From the IMG/VR virus record IMGVR_UViG_3300022602_000024, positions 290,430 through 354,429 of that record: a stretch of 64,000 nt of DNA; one strand, given 5' to 3'. The notes under the pieces were generated by a model that had not been told where the DNA came from, searched no databases, and was given only the letters and a program-made list of their open reading frames with translations. Positions 56,955 through 64,000 of this stretch are shown in pieces. The position numbers were made by a program, and so were the translations under genes. Every line of letters starts with the position of its first letter. Position 1 is the first letter of the stretch.

Positions 56955-58337
56955 ATGGCACGTTTGAGTCTTTGGAAAGACGGATTACACACTAATGATT
57001 ACAAATTTTTTGATCGACGTATCAGTGAGATGTTTACCATTGGTGGAACTGGGATATTGCTCAACAAGTATTTAGGTCCTGCTGCATCCGGAACACAACT
57101 TGCCACTAGTTCTGCACAATCCGCAGTCAGCGACCCTCTGACCTTTAGCAATACCACAGGTGTACAAGTTGGCAATTTTGTGTTTGGTTCAGGTATCCCT
57201 TCTGGAACTACAGTTGCCGCAGTTACCTCAACCACTGTTACATTGAGTGCCAATACTGCAGCCGTAGTTGGTTCTGGTGTCACCATTGGCTTTAGTTCTG
57301 ATGCTACACAACCTGCGTACACCAATACCAGTGCCTTAAACATACAAGACTTGTTGTACACAGAAAATAGAGATCGCAAGTACGATACCAATGTTTACAA
57401 AATGCGTGGCATCTATCAACGTGCCGATCAAGATTTTGACTTGAGTCAATTTGGTTTGTTCTTACAAACTGGCACCTTGTTCATGGTGTTCCACTTACGT
57501 GACATGGTTGATACCATTGGACGCAAGTTGCTGGCTGGTGATGTGCTAGAGTTCCAGCACCTGAAAGATTATGATGCGCTAAACGAAGACTTGCCAGCGG
57601 CACTAAAAAGATACTATGTGGTTGGTGATGCGTCATTTGCTGCAGAAGGATTCAGTCCCACATGGTGGCCGCACCTATGGCGTGTCAAACTTAATCCCTT
57701 AGTGGATAGCCAAGAATACAAAGACATTCTCAACAACTTGTCGGCCGGTCCCGGAACAACTACACCAGTGGGACAAGTATTGAGCACTTATCAAACATAC
57801 TTGAACATCAATGAATCAATCATTGCACAGGCTGAATTTGATGTTCCAGAGTCCGGGTACGACACCAGTGCCATGTATACTTTGCCCACAACCGAAAACG
57901 GCGCTGATCCTGTTGGCCCGCCAATCACTGCTGATACCACTGCAATTACATCTGACAACATCAATGATACTGTCAACTTGGGTATTAGCAGTCCACTAGG
58001 CAAAGTACAAGGCTACTTGACCGGCGACGGTAAAGCTCCCAACAGTCTAGTAACTGGTGCTGGTATTGGGTTTCCTGCCAATCCCTCAGTCGGCGATTAC
58101 TTCTTACGTTTAGATTACTTGCCCAACAGACTATTCAGATTTTCTGGTTCATACTGGGCTCGAGTTGAAGACGCAGTCAGAACCAATATTACCCCAGGTG
58201 CTGCAAATAACCAAACACAGAGATTTAGTTACGTCAACGACACAAATACATATATAAACAGCGAGGGGCAAACAATGAACGAACTACAACCATTGAGTCG
58301 TGCACTAACTCCTTCCGCTGACAATAATGAAAGTTAA
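56955..58337 (+). CDS. neck protein (gp14-like); start revised to MARLSLW
   Basis: LSQFGLF, G...GD..E; between gp13 and gp15-like genes; AGGA RBS. Confidence 0.7.
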   Translation: MARLSLWKDGLHTNDYKFFDRRISEMFTIGGTGILLNKYLGPAASGTQLATSSAQSAVSDPLTFSNTTGVQVGNFVFGSGIPSGTTVAAVTSTTVTLSANTAAVVGSGVTIGFSSDATQPAYTNTSALNIQDLLYTENRDRKYDTNVYKMRGIYQRADQDFDLSQFGLFLQTGTLFMVFHLRDMVDTIGRKLLAGDVLEFQHLKDYDALNEDLPAALKRYYVVGDASFAAEGFSPTWWPHLWRVKLNPLVDSQEYKDILNNLSAGPGTTTPVGQVLSTYQTYLNINESIIAQAEFDVPESGYDTSAMYTLPTTENGADPVGPPITADTTAITSDNINDTVNLGISSPLGKVQGYLTGDGKAPNSLVTGAGIGFPANPSVGDYFLRLDYLPNRLFRFSGSYWARVEDAVRTNITPGAANNQTQRFSYVNDTNTYINSEGQTMNELQPLSRALTPSADNNES

Positions 58338-58343
58338 ACAATA

Positions 58344-59714
58344 ATGGCCGGACTTGTACAATATTCTTACGATGGACAGATCCGTCGCTTCATCTTGCAA
58401 TTCATACGCATGATGAGCAACTTCCAAGTTCAATTTGGCAGTGCGGCCGCAGGTACCGCTACGCTACAAACGGTTCCTGTTTATTATGGTGATCCCAGTC
58501 GTCAAGCCTCAACTATCCTAAAACAAAACAGCGAGAACGCTCTCAATGCCGTTCCTGCTATGAGTGCTTATATGAGTGCATTAACATACGACCGTGATCG
58601 TTTGCAAAATCCCTACTACGAAGGCGTGGTTAGAATAAGAGAACAAAATCTTAATCCTGCTACGCAAACTTATACTGGCACACAGGACGGACAGTATAGT
58701 GTAAGTAGATTAATGCCAGCACCATACAAGTTGGGCATGAAGTTGGATATTTGGACTTCAAACACAGATCAAAAGCAACAACTATTGGAACAGATGTTGC
58801 CCTTGTTTAATCCTGGTTTTGAAATCCAAAGCAGTGACAATTATGTGGATTGGACCAGTTTAAGTGTTGTGTTGTTAAACAATGTGACCTTAACCAGTAG
58901 AGTTGTGCCACAAGGCGGAGACGACAGCAGCATTGATATTGCCACATTAGAGTTTGAAATACCTATATGGCTTACTCTGCCATCTAAGGTGCAAAAAGGT
59001 GGCGTTGTCCAGCAGATTATTGCTAATATCTACGATGATTCAGGCAGTTTTAATGGCGATTTGATTGACATTGCCAGTACTAGTCAAATGCGCTATACAC
59101 CATTAAATTACAGTTTAGTTTATGTAGGCAATACCTTAACACTTTATAAAACTCTAAGTGAAGATGGCACCTCAGGCACTACATATCCTTGGGCCGGCTT
59201 GGTAAACTTGTATGGTTCTCTTACCAATGGTATCAGTCAAGTTCGGTTAACTTTTGATTATCCCGATGGACCACATGAGATAGTGGGTACTGTTGCATAC
59301 AATCCCGGCAATGGTAATCAGTTGTTGTTTACACCTGATCCAATGACCTTGCCGGCTAATACATTACCAGCAGTGAATGCCATTATTGATCCATTCACTG
59401 TCACTGTAACCAGTGGATTACTGAATCCGACTACTGGAACCAGTTACTTGATATTGAATCCCATTGGCGACAACAACTCCACTTCGGCCATGGCATGGGC
59501 TGGTGCAGCAGGTACTAACTTGGTTGCGGCTGCTAACGATATTATTAAATGGAACGGCACTTATTGGACAGTGGAGTTTGATAGTGCAGCAACTGCTACT
59601 CCAGAATATGTAACTAACTTGAACACACAGGTTCAATATCGTTGGACTGGTTCTGCATGGGTAAAGAGTTATGAAGGTATTTACAGATCAGGCCAATGGA
59701 GTTTGGTACTGTAA
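58344..59714 (+). CDS. tail terminator/sheath stabiliser (gp15-like)
   Basis: Y..QIRR, VPV.YG, P.PY.L...LDIW, QLLEQ.LP.FNP. Confidence 0.85.
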   Translation: MAGLVQYSYDGQIRRFILQFIRMMSNFQVQFGSAAAGTATLQTVPVYYGDPSRQASTILKQNSENALNAVPAMSAYMSALTYDRDRLQNPYYEGVVRIREQNLNPATQTYTGTQDGQYSVSRLMPAPYKLGMKLDIWTSNTDQKQQLLEQMLPLFNPGFEIQSSDNYVDWTSLSVVLLNNVTLTSRVVPQGGDDSSIDIATLEFEIPIWLTLPSKVQKGGVVQQIIANIYDDSGSFNGDLIDIASTSQMRYTPLNYSLVYVGNTLTLYKTLSEDGTSGTTYPWAGLVNLYGSLTNGISQVRLTFDYPDGPHEIVGTVAYNPGNGNQLLFTPDPMTLPANTLPAVNAIIDPFTVTVTSGLLNPTTGTSYLILNPIGDNNSTSAMAWAGAAGTNLVAAANDIIKWNGTYWTVEFDSAATATPEYVTNLNTQVQYRWTGSAWVKSYEGIYRSGQWSLVL

Positions 59715-60142
59715 TGACCGATCACACAGAAGGAGTTGGGGCACTTGTGTACTCCAAAAGCACCAACCGATACTTGTTCTTGTTACGCAACAAAAGTCGT
59801 AGTGCTGGATCTTGGGGCATTGTTGGGGGCAAAATAGAACCTGGCGAAACTGTTATCCAAGGGCTTGTAAGAGAGATCACGGAAGAAATTGGCGCAGACT
59901 TTGCTAATAAAAAATTTATTCCTTTGGAAACATTTACTGCAGATAATCGCAAGTTTGCTTACTATACTTTTTTGGTAGATTGTGGCGAAGAGTTTGTACC
60001 TAGTTTAAACGAAGAGCATCGAGGCTATTGCTGGGTAGAGTTGGCAGATCATCCGCGACCATTGCATCCTGGCTTATGGCGCAGTTTTAACTTTGATATT
60101 GTTAAGAAGAAAATTAAGACACTAGAAAGTATATTGAATTAA
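59714..60142 (+). CDS. Nudix hydrolase
   Basis: GGKIEPGET...LVREITEEIG Nudix box. Confidence 0.92.
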   Translation: MTDHTEGVGALVYSKSTNRYLFLLRNKSRSAGSWGIVGGKIEPGETVIQGLVREITEEIGADFANKKFIPLETFTADNRKFAYYTFLVDCGEEFVPSLNEEHRGYCWVELADHPRPLHPGLWRSFNFDIVKKKIKTLESILN

Positions 60143-60540
60143 CCAAGATTCAATTGTACTTCAACTTGCCCATTGGCACTGTTGCTGACTGCACGACCAA
60201 CAACACATCCTACACTGGGACCAGAGGCAACATCAGGATTGTAATAAATCTGTCCAATACTCTGCACAAATCCACCTGATCCAGCAGTGATCAAATCACC
60301 TTGTTGAGCGGTACCCACAATACTGCACATGACACGACCTTGTGTGGCTACTGCTACTACATTAGGACCAGTGAGTGTGTTGTTCAATAACAATTGTGCA
60401 TCGGCAACCACAATGCCAGCAATGCTGGTAGTTTGCTGTGTTGCTAGTGTGACTTCATTGTTGCCACCAAATTGTACTGCGGTACCTGCACCGTAATTGG
60501 CGTCGGCTTGAAAGTTTGTTGCTATTACTGGGTGTGCCAT
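60139..60540 (-). CDS. stand-alone copy of the tail-fibre C-terminal domain
   Basis: NFQAD..Y..GT...FGG..EVT, GRV.C, GDL, G.V.G.A shared with the 63206 ORF. Confidence 0.7.
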   Translation of the reverse strand: MAHPVIATNFQADANYGAGTAVQFGGNNEVTLATQQTTSIAGIVVADAQLLLNNTLTGPNVVAVATQGRVMCSIVGTAQQGDLITAGSGGFVQSIGQIYYNPDVASGPSVGCVVGRAVSNSANGQVEVQLNLG

Positions 60541-60542
60541 GT

Positions 60543-61283
60543 TTATCCTATGTCTGCTTCTAGTACGAATGCTCTAGTGTCAATTTGACGAAAATTGGTC
60601 AATGGTTGTAGGTCTTCAGGAATCCACCAATTGGCAGTGGGCATGACTCTTACAAAATCCACTGAGGGGTATGCTTTAACTACGTTACTCAACGACATGC
60701 CCCAAAATGTTTTGTCTTGCATTTCATCTGGGGGCAAATAACCATTGGTGTCTTTGTATACATTGTTAATGGGTCCAGGAATATCGTAACTGTCATAGCC
60801 CATCAAAAATACTTTTTGATGTCCATCAAAGCAGGCCATATACGCAGCCAAGGCACCTGTGTCATAAAATAAATTTTGAGGAATCAAATAAAACTTTCCC
60901 GGATATCGCAACACCAGGTCACTATTGGCATACGCAATGTTGTTGTCACAATAGCCAGATCCAGCAATTTCTTCAGCAATTACATCACCACTTACAATCA
61001 AAAAGTCTGGGGCAAAATCTCTGTAGATGGCATTGCAACCATAACTTTGCAATCTATTGGCACCACCAAAACCTGCTTTGTGTGTGGCAATTAGACGCAG
61101 GTCAAACCCAATGCGACTTTCACCGTTGCCAATGGCAATGGCCTGCGTAGTAGTATGTGTAGTAAAAACTGCATTGGGAACCATTTCAACTGTGGGATTC
61201 CAATCTCCACCTTCGTAACGTAGTTCAGTGACCACTTGCTCACCGCTGTAATTGCTACGATATAATTGCTTTAGTTGTTGCAT
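60543..61283 (-). CDS. hypothetical protein (Rossmann-like, IGNGESR motif)
   Basis: IGNGESR, YGCNAIYRD, VFLMGYD. Confidence 0.65.
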   Translation of the reverse strand: MQQLKQLYRSNYSGEQVVTELRYEGGDWNPTVEMVPNAVFTTHTTTQAIAIGNGESRIGFDLRLIATHKAGFGGANRLQSYGCNAIYRDFAPDFLIVSGDVIAEEIAGSGYCDNNIAYANSDLVLRYPGKFYLIPQNLFYDTGALAAYMACFDGHQKVFLMGYDSYDIPGPINNVYKDTNGYLPPDEMQDKTFWGMSLSNVVKAYPSVDFVRVMPTANWWIPEDLQPLTNFRQIDTRAFVLEADIG

Positions 61284-61315
61284 TTGAGATTCCTGTTATA
61301 GTGTATTTATGTAAT

Positions 61316-63124
61316 TTACATTGGTATAGCAGTTCTAGACAATTTTACAGTATTGTTTGAACTAGTTCCAACAGCCCAAAGTGTTATTGTGCCTGTGCTT
61401 ATATTTGCAGAGAACGTCATTCTCTGGCTTGTACCTGTATAAACTATGCCGTATGTGACTACGTTAACGTTTGCTCCGTCTTGTGCTAATATTATTTCTG
61501 TTGCTTGGCTTTGTGATGAGATAATATCTTGTGTAGATACTACATATTTTGCAGTACGTATAGCGGTATTAGCAAATGCATCAATTGCAGTTGCACCTGT
61601 ACCAATGCTTGTAATTGTATTTGAAATATCACTTACTAATGTTGGGCCACGTGTAATATTACCTGCAATAGCAATGGTATTAGCATATGTGTGCTCGCCA
61701 GTTGTGGTGTTGTACATGACCACATTGCCAATATTGGTTATATCGTTACGTGTTGGTTTGACAAAAAATCCAACAACACCGTTATCATTTAATTGAGAAC
61801 CAGTGGCATTTAAAATAACACTAGATGCTGCTTGAACAACACCGGCACTATTACCAATGGCTACTGCGTTAGTTGCCTGATTTGTAGATCCAGCTCCCGG
61901 TCCAATTGCTACTGCACCAGCACCTTGATAAGATGTTCCAGCATAACTACCAACCGAAACAACATTGGCATTATTACTGTTAAAGCCAGCATTGTAACCA
62001 ATTAGTACACTTTGTGCTCCAGCGGTGTTTTGTCCTGCTTGGCCGCCAATTACAACACTATATGCACCTTGAGTATTATATCCAGCGTAGGTACCAATGC
62101 CAACGGCATAAGTACCTTGACTGATTGCACCTGCACTAGCACCCAATGTAACTGTTGTTTGTGTGGTTTTTAAACTGCTAAATGTTGCGGCACCCGGAGT
62201 TGTTCCGCCAATTGTGCCAGGGCTTGCTGGATTAAAACTACTACCTGAACTGTATGCCGCACCATTGGACCAATATACTCCACTAGCAGTAATCAGATTA
62301 CCAGCCCATAAGTTTCCGCTAATACCAGCACCACCTGCTACTACTAATGCACCTGTAGTGGTTGAACTTGACGTCGTAGTACCTGGTATGACTACATTGC
62401 CTAATTGATTTACACTTAGTACTGATTGGAGATTGTTATTGCCATTGTTACCGTCTGCTTTAATAAACCATTGGAAAGTGGCTCCGTAGTTATTATCATC
62501 AATTGCACCAAATCTTGCACCCGGTATTCCGTTACCTACACCAGTGTATGTGTAAAAATCAATAGCAGATCCAGCGCCACCGCTACCACCAGTATTAATT
62601 AAATTAAGTTGTGTTTTTAGTGTAGCTGACTGGCTATTGATTAAATTTAATGGGGCTACAGTATATAAATTATTTGGACTACTTGGAACTGTACCAAGTG
62701 TTACATTGCCTATAAACGCTCCAGCAACTTGTACATTACCACCTACATACATATTACTAGAAATACTAGCCGTGTTAGCATATAGTCCAGTGTTTGCAAT
62801 CAAATTTCCTAACTGCAAATTACCAACTACGCCCAGGATAGATCCCTGTACCATTAGCAGGTTACCAACGGTCAAATTGGCATAACTTTGAACTGTAATA
62901 TTACTGGCAGTAACTCCAGCATTGGCAGTTAGGGCAGTTACATAACTTTGAGTCGATTCACTCCAGTAAAAGGCAGCATTAGGCACTAGGCCGTTGGCAC
63001 GATTAAACACAAATCCTACGTCAACATTGGGAGTAGTTGCACCACCATGTAGAACAGTCATTGAATCTGTAAAAATTGCTACGTTAGTTAGTAACTGTCC
63101 TAAACGTGGTTGCGTTAATGCCAT
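61316..63124 (-). CDS. tail fibre/virion structural protein with YadA-head-like repeats
   Basis: G/N/T/A-rich; repeated (A/S)V(A/G)IG..AG units. Confidence 0.75.
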   Translation of the reverse strand: MALTQPRLGQLLTNVAIFTDSMTVLHGGATTPNVDVGFVFNRANGLVPNAAFYWSESTQSYVTALTANAGVTASNITVQSYANLTVGNLLMVQGSILGVVGNLQLGNLIANTGLYANTASISSNMYVGGNVQVAGAFIGNVTLGTVPSSPNNLYTVAPLNLINSQSATLKTQLNLINTGGSGGAGSAIDFYTYTGVGNGIPGARFGAIDDNNYGATFQWFIKADGNNGNNNLQSVLSVNQLGNVVIPGTTTSSSTTTGALVVAGGAGISGNLWAGNLITASGVYWSNGAAYSSGSSFNPASPGTIGGTTPGAATFSSLKTTQTTVTLGASAGAISQGTYAVGIGTYAGYNTQGAYSVVIGGQAGQNTAGAQSVLIGYNAGFNSNNANVVSVGSYAGTSYQGAGAVAIGPGAGSTNQATNAVAIGNSAGVVQAASSVILNATGSQLNDNGVVGFFVKPTRNDITNIGNVVMYNTTTGEHTYANTIAIAGNITRGPTLVSDISNTITSIGTGATAIDAFANTAIRTAKYVVSTQDIISSQSQATEIILAQDGANVNVVTYGIVYTGTSQRMTFSANISTGTITLWAVGTSSNNTVKLSRTAIPM

Positions 63125-63162
63125 TTAATTCTGTCCAAATAATAATGTATTTATTAAAAAAC

Positions 63163-63183
63163 AAAAAGGGCCGAAGCCCTTTT
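63163..63183 (-). terminator. UUCG-loop intrinsic terminator
   Basis: AAAAGGGC-TTCG-GCCCTTTTT. Confidence 0.85.
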
Positions 63184-63205
63184 AGATTCGCAGTAAATTG
63201 GTGTT

Positions 63206-64000
63206 TTAGAAACGACCAACTACAACTTCAATAACACCTTTTCCGGCGATTTGAAAGTCTTGTAGTGCTTTACCAATAACTGTGCCAACTGGGGGAGCGT
63301 TATTAACTTTGGCATAACCAAAACCAGCCGATACCATCAAGTCGCCTTTGGCTACCGGGCCAATAACTTGGCAAGGAACACGCCCTGTGAAAGCCACTGG
63401 GGTAACATTTGGTCCACTTAGGGCACCATTCATCAAGTGAGCAGGATTAGTAGAAACTACACCAGCAACACGAGTTGTATCAGCATCTGCAACCGTGACT
63501 TCCTGTGAACCACCAAACATCAATACTGTTCCAGGGTTGTAGAACCGGTCGGCTTGATAGTTCTCGGCCAAGTCAGCGTATAAGCTGTGTTGTGCTGTAC
63601 CGTAGATGTTGTTAAACCAAGCCGATGTTGAACCTATGTTAGTTGCTACGTTAGCGTTAGGTAATATTGATGCTCCACTTGATGCGCCAATATAAACAGA
63701 TGTTGCAGCACCGCCTAAGTTAATAGTAGTTGCGGTTGTATTAGCAATTGGGAACGTAGATTGGTTGGTAGTAATACCACCTGAAGCGTTAATTGCAACT
63801 GTACCCGACACTGTTAAACCTGTTAGTGTACCGACAGCAGTAATATTTGTTTGACTTGCAGTTTGTAGTGTACCTGTTAATGTTGTACTACTACTTGCAC
63901 CAATTGATGTAACACCACCTAATGTTGTAATATTTGGCTGACTTGCAGTTTGTAGTGTACCTGTTAATGTTGTACTACCACTTGCACCAATTGATGTAAC
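63206..64000 (-). CDS. tail fibre-like protein, C-terminal part (frame open to the window edge)
   Basis: No stop from 64000; YADLAENY...GVVST.PA..MN C-terminal domain. Confidence 0.8.
   Translation of the reverse strand, partial: VTSIGASGSTTLTGTLQTASQPNITTLGGVTSIGASSSTTLTGTLQTASQTNITAVGTLTGLTVSGTVAINASGGITTNQSTFPIANTTATTINLGGAATSVYIGASSGASILPNANVATNIGSTSAWFNNIYGTAQHSLYADLAENYQADRFYNPGTVLMFGGSQEVTVADADTTRVAGVVSTNPAHLMNGALSGPNVTPVAFTGRVPCQVIGPVAKGDLMVSAGFGYAKVNNAPPVGTVIGKALQDFQIAGKGVIEVVVGRF
63840..64000 (-). repeat. 87-nt (29-aa) tandem repeat within the fibre gene
   Basis: VTSIGAS.STTLTGTLQTASQ.NIT occurs twice. Confidence 0.9.

Overview
This window is a 64-kb segment of a large T4-like (jumbo) myovirus genome. 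Its GroEL looks betaproteobacterial, which suggests a Burkholderiales-type host. From left to right it holds: groEL/groES; a ~11-kb sugar biosynthesis, glycosyltransferase and methyltransferase locus; and a ~15.5-kb minus-strand 'translation' region (14.5-30 kb). That region has 21 intact-looking tRNAs plus one chimeric tRNA, several unassigned structured ncRNAs, an RNAP omega (rpoZ) homolog, a kinase/phosphoesterase pair, CmoB/CmoA-like genes, a free-standing endonuclease and rubrerythrin/rubredoxin. Next come uvsY/uvsX/gp32, terminase, putative head proteins, gp4, tail tube/sheath, dNMP kinase, gp13/14/15 and tail fibre genes. The most striking unannotated signal is at 28.3-29.1 kb. A sigma70 promoter drives a 40-codon leader peptide that contains all 20 amino acids and overlaps mutually exclusive antiterminator/terminator hairpins. 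Downstream lie a boxB/boxA-like site and the ncRNA/tRNA array. This is a candidate pan-tRNA-sensing attenuator controlling a phage translation-rescue operon. All calls come from reading the sequence by eye; no searches or folding programs were run.
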